A stretch of 64,000 nt of DNA from Algoriella sp. (GCF_036647415.1 NZ_JAVXKG010000016.1:19-64018); one strand, 5' to 3'. Shown: positions 18,871-29,543, numbered from the stretch's first letter. The notes: generated by a model not told the origin, from the letters alone. Numbers and translations are program-made.

Positions 18871-20106
18871 TTATATACCAATTTCTATTTGTAATCGTGC
18901 ATACCAATTATTTTTCTTTTCTAGATTATAAAATTTTTGTTGCTCATAAGTAAACTCTGCTTGTAGTTTAAATGCATGTTCCCAAATATATTTTGTTAAA
19001 CCTAAACTATATTGATTTGCATTTGGTGTAAACTCAAAAATCTCTTTGTCTACTTTTTGCTTAGAAAATCTACCGATAACTTCCCAATGTTTTGGAAATG
19101 TATACGATCCCTGAAAATCCATTCCGTGACCATCATAAATGTAATTAAAATCTGATACATCTGTTGGATTATAAAACAATGTTTTATCCGAATTTCTATT
19201 CATGTAGGCATACATAAAACTCCAACCACGATACTTTAACATCGCATCCAAAAACAAAGATTGTATATTCGCCGTTCCGTCTGCTACAATATCATCTCCC
19301 AACATTCCTTGGGTTCTGTGCGCCCTGTCATTATAACTATACGCACCAGAAATCATTAATTTTGGAGTTTGCTCGTGTGCTAAATCTCCTTCGTAATTAC
19401 TTCCTCCATCAGTAAATTCTCCTAATGGAAATAATTCTGCTTTTCCTGTATAGGCTAAACCCGTATCTTTATAAGTTGTCCAGTTTCTACCTTCTCCAGT
19501 TGAAATTGCACCACGTAAAATATATGAAAATTTTTCTTTATTCCTTTTATTGTATAAAACCTGAACCCCAAAATCGCGGTCAATATTAAAATCTGCATTA
19601 TTAATCGATCGATCCGTTAATTGCAAAGCTCCAGACGAATTAACTCGCTGACGGTTTCCTGGTAATTTTGTTTGACCAAATCCTAAACTCCAATGTTTAT
19701 TTGGATAATAAAAAATCATGGCATCACGTATAATATTTGTATTTCTCCCTTCTTCTGCCTTACCTACATCGCCTGCAGCAAAAGATAATTGCATAGAGTA
19801 ACCAAACTTTGGATTACCAATATAACCATCAAAACGTAAACGTAAACGTCGAATTTGACCATCAATATTATCTTCCTCTCCATCATTATGATTATAACTT
19901 ACACGATTTTGCATACGAAATCTGATGTTTACTTGATAAAGACTGTCGGGCGAAGTAATTCCCAAACCGTTACCGTAACTGTAATACGGCGACATCATAT
20001 TCTTAAATTCTTGCACAGTTTTCTTCTTCGTTTCGACTGTATCTTTAGTCTGAGCATATGTATTAAAAGAAAATACAATAAACAGTAAGGTTAGAATTTG
20101 TCTCAT
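18871..20106 (-). CDS. Outer-membrane porin (OprO/OprP-like)
   Basis: Signal peptide, IRRLRLRFDG, GQTKLPGNRQR, C-terminal RLQIEIGI. Confidence 0.8.
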   Translation of the reverse strand: MRQILTLLFIVFSFNTYAQTKDTVETKKKTVQEFKNMMSPYYSYGNGLGITSPDSLYQVNIRFRMQNRVSYNHNDGEEDNIDGQIRRLRLRFDGYIGNPKFGYSMQLSFAAGDVGKAEEGRNTNIIRDAMIFYYPNKHWSLGFGQTKLPGNRQRVNSSGALQLTDRSINNADFNIDRDFGVQVLYNKRNKEKFSYILRGAISTGEGRNWTTYKDTGLAYTGKAELFPLGEFTDGGSNYEGDLAHEQTPKLMISGAYSYNDRAHRTQGMLGDDIVADGTANIQSLFLDAMLKYRGWSFMYAYMNRNSDKTLFYNPTDVSDFNYIYDGHGMDFQGSYTFPKHWEVIGRFSKQKVDKEIFEFTPNANQYSLGLTKYIWEHAFKLQAEFTYEQQKFYNLEKKNNWYARLQIEIGI

Positions 20107-20175
20107 GTTTTAATTAATATGTTTGTTGTGGGTGCAAAAATCTAAGAATTAAATTAAATAATTGTAAACTATAAA

Positions 20176-20706
20176 TTAAATTAACGTTAACAATGAATCG
20201 AAATTTTTAATACGATGATTATCATCAACTTCAATGATTTCGATTTGGTCGGGAGATATTCTTTGTTGAACATCAAAAAAATCAATAGATTTTTTTACAT
20301 CTAAAACTTCATCATGAACGCCTAAAAAAACTTTCGTATTCTCAAAACGATTCATATCAGCCAAATATTTTGTTAAGTTTTCTGGAAAATTATTTTCATA
20401 TTTAAACGAAATATCAATCAAAGGATTTAATAAAATCAACTCACTCGATTTTCCGTTCTCTTTCAATTTTTGTTGCAATTGCCAACCAAAATTTCCTCCT
20501 GTAGAACTTCCAATTATAGTCAAATCATCAATAATTCCTTTCAAATACTCATAAGCATTCGCAAGAATTGTTTTAATATTATCTTCTGTTTTCCATTCAA
20601 TACAAATTGCAGATGGATAAACTTTCAAAATAGATTTAAACTTTTTAGAATTTGCAGAGCTATTTAAACCATGTATATAAACAATTTGTCGATTATTAGA
20701 ATTCAT
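20176..20706 (-). CDS. YqiA/YcfP-like alpha/beta esterase
   Basis: YIHGLNSS, GSSTGG, DEVLD, H near C-terminus. Confidence 0.8.
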   Translation of the reverse strand: MNSNNRQIVYIHGLNSSANSKKFKSILKVYPSAICIEWKTEDNIKTILANAYEYLKGIIDDLTIIGSSTGGNFGWQLQQKLKENGKSSELILLNPLIDISFKYENNFPENLTKYLADMNRFENTKVFLGVHDEVLDVKKSIDFFDVQQRISPDQIEIIEVDDNHRIKNFDSLLTLI

Positions 20707-20812
20707 ATTCAGTGCAATTAATTGTTTAAATTAGATATTTTCAGTTAGTTAATCAAATTCGAATGTAAATTTAACACTATAATCCTATTGTGTAATATGA
20801 TTTAATACACAA

Positions 20813-20840
20813 ATAAAGCGATCAAAATTGATCGCTTTAT
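20813..20840. terminator. Terminator after the S9 peptidase
   Basis: ATAAAGCGATCAA-AA-TTGATCGCTTTAT. Confidence 0.8.
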
Positions 20841-20852
20841 ACTTTATTTATA

Positions 20853-20987
20853 ACTCGTTGTGTATTTTGATAAAATTATCAAAAAAATGTCAGTTCGTGT
20901 AAAATTCTATTCTCGATACAATTTTTATTCACTCTGTTTCTAAAATCAGTCGAACTGACGAATTTTCAATCAAAATACATAACGGGT
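20853..20987. mobile_element. 135-bp internally deleted MITE (copy B)
   Basis: Ends ACTCGTTGTGTATTTTGA / TCAAAATACATAACGGGT; shares AAAATTCTATTCTCGATACAATTTTTATTC with 45167-45371; flanks TTATTTATA / TAATTTATA (8/9). Confidence 0.8.
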
Positions 20988-21001
20988 TAATTTATATTCA
21001 A

Positions 21002-23890
21002 TTATTTACTTTTTGATTCATCTAAATCGAATCCCCAATCAATTCCTTTCATTGTTGCAGGTACTCCTTCTGTCATCCATTTTGGAGCAGGTTTATCTTT
21101 CAGATAATGATCAAAAAATTGTACTTGACGTTGTTGAATATCATTTTTATTTGCACGTTTTAATAAATTGTGATCATCTCCATTATAATTCAACATCCAA
21201 ACTGGTTTTCCAAGACGTTTCAATGCCATAAACATTTCAATTCCTTGGTACCAAGGCACTGCTCCATCTTCGTCATTATGCATAATTACCACTGGTGTTT
21301 GCACATTTGGCATTTTAAATAATGGTGAATTTTCGATGTACAATTCTGGCGCTTCCCACAATGTTTTTCCTATTCTACTTTGTGTTTGCTCGTACTGAAA
21401 TTGACGACTCATTCCCGTTCCCCAACGAATTCCACCGTACGCAGAAGTCATATTAACTACGGGCGCACCTGTCCAAGCTGCGGCATACAAATTGGTAACT
21501 GTTATTAAATGTGCTACTTGATAACCACCCCAACTTTGTCCTTGTATGGCAATTTTATCTCCGTTTACCCATGTATTTTTCTTTAAAACTTCTACACCAG
21601 AATTGATATAATCTTCGGCAGATTTTCCTGGATAACCAATTGTATAAGAAATATCTGGTGTAAATATAATATAATCGTTACTTACAAAATACGTATGATT
21701 GATACGAGATGGCGTTGGTGCAGGAGCTTGATAACGGTTTAAGTTATCCGATAGTTTTTCATAAAAATAGACGATTACGGGATATTTCTTATTTGGATCA
21801 AAATTTTCTGGTTTATACACAACACCTGTTGCGTCTTTTCCTGAATATGTTTTCCAATTTACAAGTTCTCCCTTTCCCCAAGTATATTTTTTTTGTTGTG
21901 GATTAATTGCAGAAACTTTTTTCTCATCTTTAAAATTTGACGTTACATAAACATCAGGTGTTTTTTCAAAAGATTCTTTTGTATAAATATATTCATCCGC
22001 ATTAAGTGCTTTTTTCATATTCTGAGCACCCCAAGTATTAGACATTACAAGTTCTTCAGGATTTTTAGCTTTCTCAATAATTGTCTGATAAACACCAGAT
22101 TGTTTATTCGTATTATTAAATGCTCCTAAAAAAATGGGTTGATTACGATTAATCGTTTTTACATCTTCATTCAGTTTATTAATATCAAATGTAATTTTAT
22201 TTTTTCGCCCAAAACCATTTGTCATATTTTCTGGCTTACGATCTCCAACCAAATCAAATTCCCAAATATCATAACGATCTTTTATCAAAACAGTTTCGTC
22301 ATTATCTGTAAAATAAGCAATTCCATACTCTTGTGCTACAGTTGGCGAATCATTTTCTTCGTCATAAAATTTAACTTTTAGCTTTTTATTCAGAACCTTT
22401 GTTTCTTTTGTAAATAGATTGTAGCTCGACCACAAACCTGTTTCACCATTATAGTAAACCGCAAATTTTCCGTTAGGAGAAATTTCAACATCTCCAACCA
22501 AAGCTTTTGCTATAATATCACGTTGTCCAGTTTTTGTATTGATACTATAATAATCTTTACGACCAGTTAAATCCCATGATGCAGAAGATCTGTACGCATT
22601 ATCAGAAATACCAAAAGCAAAATCAGAATTTCCTTCATCAATCATCTCGACACGATTAAGATCAAAATCGGCTAATTGAGTAACTTTTGTCGGATTTGAT
22701 AAATCTATAACAGATAAATAAGCTCTTTTCTTTTCGCGATCAAGATTTTTTAATTGTTGAGGCTGAATAAAATCGTCTTTGTAACTCCAAACATCAACTT
22801 TTGCATGATCATCTGCGATCAAAGTCGTGTCTTTTTCAGCTAACTTTGGTGCAATTCCGAGATATAAAAAGTTTGAATTTTTACTAAATTTTGGTTGACG
22901 ATTTTCAGAAACTTGCCAATCTTTTTTCAATCCTACTAATTCCGTTTTCTTGATTTCTTGTTGATTCGCAGTTGTTGTATAATAAATATGATAGGTTTTA
23001 TTTTCTTTCTTCTCATCATCAGAAGTTCCTACAAAAGCAACTTTACTTGCAGAATCGTCAAACACAAATTGTTTAAATTCTCCAATTGTATCAACCAACT
23101 GTTTTTGAGCAAATGTTGCTGTATTAACTAAAAAAACACCATATTTTGTTTTATCTAAACTATCTTTCTTTTCTTGTTTTGTAGAAAAAATTAATTGTTT
23201 ACCATTCTCGCTAAACTCATAATTTGTCACATTTTTGAAAGACTTTTTTTGTCCAGAAATTAAATTTCTTAGAACCAACTCCAACGGTGTATCTTTTTTG
23301 TCTTTTCCTGCTAGTTTACTTGGTTTATCTTTTGTTTTTGTAGAGTCAGATTTATCTTTTTTATCCTTTTTTAATTCTTCTTTTTCTAACAAATAAGCCA
23401 AAAACGAACCTTCTTTTTTAGGTATTTTGAATGATTTTATATTCGGTAATTTCTCAACTTTATTAGTTACTAAATTCAAAATTCCGATAGAATCTTTCGC
23501 TATTTCATTTTCTTTTTTCTTTTTGATTCTTACCAATTTCAAATCCTTATAAAATGGTTTGATTTTGAAAATTGCATATTTAGAATCTGAAGTAAAAACA
23601 TTTTCTTCACCACGATGAAAATTAAGTGATTTGTCTGTTTTTAATCCAAAAAAGTTAAGCGAATTATCACTCTCTTGCGCATTTACTTGATACGCAACCC
23701 AAGCACCATTATTCGATAATTCTTTCATTCCGATTGATTGCCATTCGTCAAAAACGGTCAAATCAAGAGGTTTTTTTTGCGCATCAACGTTTGTTGCAAT
23801 CATTGCAATAGCCGCAGCATAAATTGCTTTATTTGTTAAAAGTTGAACCGCATAATTTTTTAAATTTTTAGTAGATAATTTCGATTTCAT
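21002..23890 (-). CDS. S9 family (prolyl oligopeptidase-like) secreted peptidase
   Basis: GQSWGG nucleophile elbow, HNDEDGAV, GDDH; propeller-like N-terminal region. Confidence 0.92.
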   Translation of the reverse strand: MKSKLSTKNLKNYAVQLLTNKAIYAAAIAMIATNVDAQKKPLDLTVFDEWQSIGMKELSNNGAWVAYQVNAQESDNSLNFFGLKTDKSLNFHRGEENVFTSDSKYAIFKIKPFYKDLKLVRIKKKKENEIAKDSIGILNLVTNKVEKLPNIKSFKIPKKEGSFLAYLLEKEELKKDKKDKSDSTKTKDKPSKLAGKDKKDTPLELVLRNLISGQKKSFKNVTNYEFSENGKQLIFSTKQEKKDSLDKTKYGVFLVNTATFAQKQLVDTIGEFKQFVFDDSASKVAFVGTSDDEKKENKTYHIYYTTTANQQEIKKTELVGLKKDWQVSENRQPKFSKNSNFLYLGIAPKLAEKDTTLIADDHAKVDVWSYKDDFIQPQQLKNLDREKKRAYLSVIDLSNPTKVTQLADFDLNRVEMIDEGNSDFAFGISDNAYRSSASWDLTGRKDYYSINTKTGQRDIIAKALVGDVEISPNGKFAVYYNGETGLWSSYNLFTKETKVLNKKLKVKFYDEENDSPTVAQEYGIAYFTDNDETVLIKDRYDIWEFDLVGDRKPENMTNGFGRKNKITFDINKLNEDVKTINRNQPIFLGAFNNTNKQSGVYQTIIEKAKNPEELVMSNTWGAQNMKKALNADEYIYTKESFEKTPDVYVTSNFKDEKKVSAINPQQKKYTWGKGELVNWKTYSGKDATGVVYKPENFDPNKKYPVIVYFYEKLSDNLNRYQAPAPTPSRINHTYFVSNDYIIFTPDISYTIGYPGKSAEDYINSGVEVLKKNTWVNGDKIAIQGQSWGGYQVAHLITVTNLYAAAWTGAPVVNMTSAYGGIRWGTGMSRQFQYEQTQSRIGKTLWEAPELYIENSPLFKMPNVQTPVVIMHNDEDGAVPWYQGIEMFMALKRLGKPVWMLNYNGDDHNLLKRANKNDIQQRQVQFFDHYLKDKPAPKWMTEGVPATMKGIDWGFDLDESKSK

Positions 23891-24007
23891 TCTAAAGTTC
23901 TTTACGCGTTAATTTTAATAGAAGCGTGAAAATAGTAAAGTTTTCATAAACAGAACGAATAATTAAGTATTTAAATTGAGTTCTTGTAAATTTGTCAAAA
24001 ATTAATA

Positions 24008-24952
24008 GTGATGAAAAAAATATTCTTAAATATTTGCCTTACAATTCCATTTCTTTCATTCGGTCAAAATCTACAAGTTGTTCCACTTGGCGTTTATGGC
24101 GGAAGCAATGAAAGTAACTTATCCGCTTATTTGATTGGAGAAGAAAACACAACTGATTATTTAGCTTTGGACGGAGGTACAATTTATAGCGGAATAGAAA
24201 AAGCAATAGAAAAAGGTACTTTTGATGTGGAAAACGCTAAGGTTTTGAAAGATTATATCAAAGGATATTTTATTTCGCATGGACATTTGGATCATCTTTC
24301 TGGAATGATTATTAATTCTCCTGAAGATTCTAAAAAACCTATTTATGGTATTACAGAGATGATTAATGTTTTGAAAAATAAATATTTCACGAACGATGCT
24401 TGGGCGAATTTCGGAAATGAAGGAGAAGCTCCAGTTCTGAATAAATATAGTTATAAATATGCCGAAATTGGAAAACAATTTCCAATTGAAAATACAAATC
24501 TGAAAGGAACAATTTACGAATTAAGTCACGTAAATCCGATGAAAAGTGCAGCAATTTTAATTGAAAATAATGAAAATGCAGCTATATATTTTGGAGATAC
24601 TGGTGCTGATCGAATTGAAAAAACAACAAAACTTACTACAATTTGGAAAGCTGTTGCTCCTAAAATTAAAACAGGAAAACTAAAAACATTATTACTGGAA
24701 GTTTCTTTTCCTAATTCGCAACCCGAAAATCTATTATTTGGACATTTAACGCCAAATTTAATGAACGAAGAAATGGCTAAATTAGCAAAAGAAGTTGGTG
24801 TAAAACAATTTAAAAACCTAACAATTATTGTAACGCATATAAAACCGAAAGGTGATTATGAGCAAAAAATACAAGAAGAATTACTAAAAAATAATCCATA
24901 TAAAATAAATTATATTTTTCCGAAACAAGGTGAACGCATTATTCTAAAATAA
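24008..24952 (+). CDS. cpdP: Class II 3',5'-cyclic nucleotide phosphodiesterase, secreted (CpdP-like)
   Basis: SHGHLDHLSG signature, YFGDTG, EVSFPN, GHLTP, THIKP; signal peptide; TAAATTTG box at 23987. Confidence 0.88.
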   Translation: MMKKIFLNICLTIPFLSFGQNLQVVPLGVYGGSNESNLSAYLIGEENTTDYLALDGGTIYSGIEKAIEKGTFDVENAKVLKDYIKGYFISHGHLDHLSGMIINSPEDSKKPIYGITEMINVLKNKYFTNDAWANFGNEGEAPVLNKYSYKYAEIGKQFPIENTNLKGTIYELSHVNPMKSAAILIENNENAAIYFGDTGADRIEKTTKLTTIWKAVAPKIKTGKLKTLLLEVSFPNSQPENLLFGHLTPNLMNEEMAKLAKEVGVKQFKNLTIIVTHIKPKGDYEQKIQEELLKNNPYKINYIFPKQGERIILK

Positions 24953-25102
24953 TATATTTTTATATATTTATCAATTAAAGCCTAGATAATTTTTGGATAT
25001 TTATTTTTATCGGTCATATTTTACAATTTTGATAAAAAACATGTGTTGTTGTTTTTCTATTTGATTTTGCTCTTCTAAATTTGAAGTAAACCATGTAGAA
25101 AA

Positions 25103-25537
25103 ATGACTGCCCAAATAGGAGAAATTTTATTAATAGATAACCAACAATACCTTATTGCCGAACAACCTTTGCACAATTATTTTAAATTGTTAAAACATCC
25201 GCCTTACTTCACTCCTCCTTCGCCGACTTGTTGGCGCGGCTATTATGGAAAGTGGGAATTGAGAAATGATGAGCTTTATTTAATCAATTTCAGAGGATAT
25301 TTAGATAATTTTGATGAAGTCGATTTAGATTATTTATTTCCTCAAAAAGAAGAAATATTTGCGAATTGGTATTCTGGAATTATTAAAATTTCGCAAGGAA
25401 AATTGATAAAATTTGATCAACTAACGCATACATCAATTTATGAAGAAGACGTGATGTTGTGCTTTGAAAATGGAAAACTAATCGATTATATCGTTCATAG
25501 TAATTGTATAAATACTGAACGAGAAGTTGAGATTTAA
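25103..25537 (+). CDS. Conserved hypothetical protein (MTAQ...CWRGY type)
   Basis: ORF with TAAATTTG box at 25076-25083. Confidence 0.7.
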   Translation: MTAQIGEILLIDNQQYLIAEQPLHNYFKLLKHPPYFTPPSPTCWRGYYGKWELRNDELYLINFRGYLDNFDEVDLDYLFPQKEEIFANWYSGIIKISQGKLIKFDQLTHTSIYEEDVMLCFENGKLIDYIVHSNCINTEREVEI

Positions 25538-25559
25538 CCAATCATCACTTCAAAACTTG

Positions 25560-25610
25560 TCGGTGAATTCGTCTTGTTATTTGACCTTATTATTCTGTCG
25601 AATTCACCGA
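25560..25610. terminator. Inverted repeat between convergent genes
   Basis: TCGGTGAATTCG...CGAATTCACCGA, 27-nt loop. Confidence 0.5.
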
Positions 25611-25705
25611 TTTTTAGAAAATAAATAATAATATTTTTTTTTATTCTTTAGACTTTATATTTATCATTATAATCTTCTAGCTCTGACGCTGAATATTTTA
25701 TTTTC

Positions 25706-26158
25706 TCAAAATTTTGACCAAACTATTTTGTAATTATTAAACTCAGTTTCAAAATTTCTTCTAATTTCTTTAAGACTTTCATTGTCAATATTTTGTTCAC
25801 TAATCTCTATTCCAATTATATGATCACTCAAGCACCAACTCTTAACTTTCAGTACTTCATTTGGTTTATCAGAAACTAAATAAATTATTGTGCCAAATTC
25901 AGTTCCGTAACTCATAAGTCCTACTTTATTTAATGCTTTTTGAATTCTTATTTTTATGTGTCTTTCAAGAGGTAATTTTATTTTTTCTACTTCTATTTTT
26001 TCAATTTTTTGAACTGTAAATTTTGTGTTTTTTGTAGCGTATTCTACACTTTCTTCAATTTTTTTTGACCAACTATAATTTCTATCATAAGTCATAAACT
26101 TATAAAACCCAAAAAGGGTAATTAAAGTTATTAAAATGATAATTAATATTTTTTTCAT
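25706..26158 (-). CDS. Hypothetical membrane-anchored protein
   Basis: 150-aa ORF with N-terminal TM, very AT-rich. Confidence 0.6.
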   Translation of the reverse strand: MKKILIIILITLITLFGFYKFMTYDRNYSWSKKIEESVEYATKNTKFTVQKIEKIEVEKIKLPLERHIKIRIQKALNKVGLMSYGTEFGTIIYLVSDKPNEVLKVKSWCLSDHIIGIEISEQNIDNESLKEIRRNFETEFNNYKIVWSKF

Positions 26159-26281
26159 TTGTTTTTTTTATAATCTAATTTTATTAATAACATAAAACAT
26201 TATTATCCACAATAATAAATTTCAATCTCGTTAAGTACAACCCAATATAACAAATTTTATTTTATTTTATTTTATTAAAAC

Positions 26282-26316
26282 AAACAGCGTCCGATACAAT
26301 ATATCGGACGCTGTTT
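26282..26316. terminator. Terminator after pnp
   Basis: AAACAGCGTCCGATA...TATCGGACGCTGTTT. Confidence 0.88.
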
Positions 26317-26342
26317 ATATTTTATAATCTAAAAATTATTTT

Positions 26343-27155
26343 TTAGCAATTCTCAATTACGCTTTTTACAACGCGAATTACGTTTGGCATTGCATTGTTA
26401 GCTGCATTCAAGACATCTTCGTGCGAAACATCAAAAGAAATTTCTGGTCCACCTAAATCTGTAATAATAGATAAACAGAAAACTCGCATATCCATGTGAC
26501 GTGCCACAATAACCTCAGGAACTGTACTCATACCAACACAATCTCCACCGATGAAACGAACTAATCCGTACTCTGATGGCGTTTCGAAAGTTGGTCCTTG
26601 TAAACCTACATAAACACCTTGATGAACCAAAATATCATTTGCTTTTGCAAATTCTACCGCTTCATTCAACATTTCTTTGTCATACGCTTTTGACATATCT
26701 ACAAAACGAGGTCCTAATTCGTCAATGTTTTTTCCACGTAAAGGATGCTCTGGCATCATGTTAATATGATCTCTCACCAAACAAATATCACCTACACTAA
26801 AGCTCGGATTTACACCCCCTGAAGCATTAGAAAGAACAACTTTTTTGATTCCTAAACCGTTAAAAACACGCATCGGGAAAGTTACTTCGTCCATAGAATA
26901 ACCTTCGTAATAGTGAAAACGACCAGCCATCATCAATACTTTTTTTCCTAAAATAGTACCGTAAACTAAATGTCCTTTGTGACCTTCTACAGTAACTTGC
27001 GGAAAATTTGGAATGTCTTTATAATTGATTACAACTTTATTTTCTACCTCATCTTCTAATTTTCCTAATCCAGATCCCAAAACAATTACAAATTCTGGTT
27101 GCTCTGGCAACAAATTATTGATGTACTTTACAGCTTCATTAATTCTGTTTAACAT
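26343..27155 (-). CDS. punA: Purine nucleoside phosphorylase (trimeric type)
   Basis: VLGSGLG, GRFHYYEG, GPTFETPSE, VGMSTVPEV. Confidence 0.95.
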   Translation of the reverse strand: MLNRINEAVKYINNLLPEQPEFVIVLGSGLGKLEDEVENKVVINYKDIPNFPQVTVEGHKGHLVYGTILGKKVLMMAGRFHYYEGYSMDEVTFPMRVFNGLGIKKVVLSNASGGVNPSFSVGDICLVRDHINMMPEHPLRGKNIDELGPRFVDMSKAYDKEMLNEAVEFAKANDILVHQGVYVGLQGPTFETPSEYGLVRFIGGDCVGMSTVPEVIVARHMDMRVFCLSIITDLGGPEISFDVSHEDVLNAANNAMPNVIRVVKSVIENC

Positions 27156-28179
27156 ACTCTAAAATAGTTTGATTAAATTTTTCTTTATCGTTAATTTCGA
27201 TACTAATCGGAATGTAGTATAAATCGTCTTTTATCATCGATTCTTCCATCAAACGCATATAATCTTTCTCTGTTGTTAAGATTATTTTATCCATGCGTTT
27301 TCTACCATCCGTATCCTCGTATCGTTTGTAAATATACTCAATTTCTGATTGACTAAAATTATGATGGTCTGGATATTCTAAATGCAAAACATTTGCAAAA
27401 TTTTCTTCTGCAAACTTTACCAATCCATCTGTTTTAGCAATTCCTGTTACTAAAATTACATTATAATTTTTCCAAGTTGATTTTTCTATATTATCTAAAC
27501 CACCAATAATTTTATTATCATAAATAATCTTCGAAAAAAACAATTGTTGATGTGATTTTAGTTTTATTTTAGATGAAATTTCTTTCAATTTATCTTCTGA
27601 AATTCTATCTGGACATTTTGTTACAATCACAATATCTGCACGTTTCATTCCACTTCTACTCTCGCGTAAATCTCCTGCAGGAAGTAAAAAATCTTTGTAA
27701 TACGGATTGTTGTAATCTGTCAATAATATATTAAATCCTGCTTTTATTGCACGATGTTGATATGCATCATCCAACAAAATTGCTTCTGCATTATAATGTT
27801 CTATCAATTTTTGCGCACCAAAAACACGGTCTTCGCAAACAGCAATAATAATTCGGTTTTTGAAGCGTTGAAAAAACTGCATTGGTTCGTCCCCAATATC
27901 ATACACTTTTGTAGAATAATTGGCGATATGAAATCCTTTGGTTTTTCTGCCATAACCTCTACTCAATGTACTTAGCTGTTTTTCGTCTTTCAGTAAATTG
28001 GCTAAATACATGATGTGTGGCGACTTTCCTGTTCCGCCAACAGAAAGATTCCCAACATTGATTATCGGAATATTAAATGATTTTGAAGGCATCATTCCGA
28101 TAGTGTACATGATATTTCGAACCGAAGTTCCTATCCAATATAAACTCGAAAATGGGAGTAAAAGTTTACGCAAATTCAT
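27139..28179 (-). CDS. lpxK: Tetraacyldisaccharide 4'-kinase
   Basis: VGNLSVGGTGKSP, LSRGYGR, LLDDAYQH, TTEKD. Confidence 0.96.
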   Translation of the reverse strand: MNLRKLLLPFSSLYWIGTSVRNIMYTIGMMPSKSFNIPIINVGNLSVGGTGKSPHIMYLANLLKDEKQLSTLSRGYGRKTKGFHIANYSTKVYDIGDEPMQFFQRFKNRIIIAVCEDRVFGAQKLIEHYNAEAILLDDAYQHRAIKAGFNILLTDYNNPYYKDFLLPAGDLRESRSGMKRADIVIVTKCPDRISEDKLKEISSKIKLKSHQQLFFSKIIYDNKIIGGLDNIEKSTWKNYNVILVTGIAKTDGLVKFAEENFANVLHLEYPDHHNFSQSEIEYIYKRYEDTDGRKRMDKIILTTEKDYMRLMEESMIKDDLYYIPISIEINDKEKFNQTILEYVKQN

Positions 28180-28258
28180 TTTTTGTTTTAATATTTAGCG
28201 AAAATACTATTTTCAATTTTATTGAAAAAATTGAAATATTCAAATTTTAGTATAGATG

Positions 28259-28289
28259 AAAAAACCTATTCCGTAGAACAGGTTTTTTT
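28259..28289. terminator. Probable terminator after DUF4230 gene
   Basis: AAAAACCT...AGGTTTTT. Confidence 0.55.
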
Positions 28290-28298
28290 AAACTTTAT

Positions 28299-28916
28299 TT
28301 AATTGTATAATTTATTCAGTTCGTTTGCGTAACCAGTTTTATCTTCTATTGTCCAGCCATACGTTTTTGCTAAAAAATATAAATCGCCGAGATTCTGAAT
28401 TAATTGCTGATGCGCTTCTTGTTTTAATTTTGTTTGATTGATGGTTTTCTCTACATGCTCTATTGCACGTTTCTTAATTCCATTCAAATCATCTTTATCA
28501 AATTTATTGAAAACACTTTGATCCATGTCATAAAAACTAACATCTGGATACACTTTTATTTCTACTGGAGGAATCGATTTGATGATAATTTTTTTGTTCA
28601 CCGAATCCAATTCAACATCCATTTTTTTCAAATCATACGTTGCTTGTGCCTTTGCATTTACCAATAATGTTACCTTTTTATCGGCAGAATAAATATTCTC
28701 AAAACCTGGTAAAGATTTTTTCGAAGTATGATTGTAAACGTCTGAATATGCTTGTTCTGCAACAATCATTTTATTCATTCGTTCTATTTGATAAGCAATT
28801 ACGTGCGATTGTTCGCTGGTATTTTCTGTTTTGAATTGTTTCATTACAAAATAAGTCAACAAACCACCAAACAAAAAAGCAACTACAACAAGTATTATTT
28901 TTTTTAGATTAGTCAT
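28299..28916 (-). CDS. DUF4230 domain protein
   Basis: N-terminal TM, YDLKKM, IPPVEI. Confidence 0.7.
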   Translation of the reverse strand: MTNLKKIILVVVAFLFGGLLTYFVMKQFKTENTSEQSHVIAYQIERMNKMIVAEQAYSDVYNHTSKKSLPGFENIYSADKKVTLLVNAKAQATYDLKKMDVELDSVNKKIIIKSIPPVEIKVYPDVSFYDMDQSVFNKFDKDDLNGIKKRAIEHVEKTINQTKLKQEAHQQLIQNLGDLYFLAKTYGWTIEDKTGYANELNKLYN

Positions 28917-29460
28917 TAGAATAATTTGGAGTCAATGGTGTCCCATTCACAATTTGTGCCAAATCTTCTTCCAAATAGCCCGAAACTGGCGATTCTACAA
29001 TTCTTCCAACTTCATTTTTTTGATTATCATACACAATAATTGTTGGTACGTGTGTAATTTCTTTGTTTATTTCTTCTCCGTAAAAACTTTTCTTTTCACG
29101 ATTTACAGCATAAACTTTCAGTCTATTTTGAGGAAATTTTATATCGTCCAAAATTTTGTACAAACGTGGCAATTCACGTTGACTATCCGAACACCAAGTT
29201 CCAACAAAAACCTCTAAACGGTAGTTGCGTAAACCTTTCAGACTTTTCAATTTGCTTTTTTCTACTTCATACGAATCAAATTCTGGTTGATACCAACCAA
29301 CATAATCCTTTTTCTGTAAAGCAGAACGTTCAAATTCTCCAGTCAAAATTCGTTCTCCATTTTCATATTTTATCGAACGATTTAAGACTTTTTGCTGCTC
29401 ACAACTCATTATTGTAAAAGTTAAAATAGCTGCAAAAGCAACTGCAAATATTTTTTTCAT
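28909..29460 (-). CDS. Thioredoxin-like lipoprotein
   Basis: Lipobox IMSC, GTWCSDS, HVPTII, GRIVESP. Confidence 0.8.
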   Translation of the reverse strand: MKKIFAVAFAAILTFTIMSCEQQKVLNRSIKYENGERILTGEFERSALQKKDYVGWYQPEFDSYEVEKSKLKSLKGLRNYRLEVFVGTWCSDSQRELPRLYKILDDIKFPQNRLKVYAVNREKKSFYGEEINKEITHVPTIIVYDNQKNEVGRIVESPVSGYLEEDLAQIVNGTPLTPNYSND

Positions 29461-29543
29461 GCTATTTTTAGTATTGATTTTAGTAGGGTTTTTGTTATTT
29501 TGTTAAAATTCGTCATTTCAATTTATACTACAAAGTATTTTAA

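Noticed and set aside
10257-28179. Functional link between the lipid A genes and the Omp85 phosphatase/kinase
   Set aside because: Separated by more than 25 kb of unrelated genes; proximity is not evidence
29502-29514. TTAAAATTCGTCA matching the MITE interior
   Set aside because: 13-bp AT-rich match with no TIR or flanking similarity
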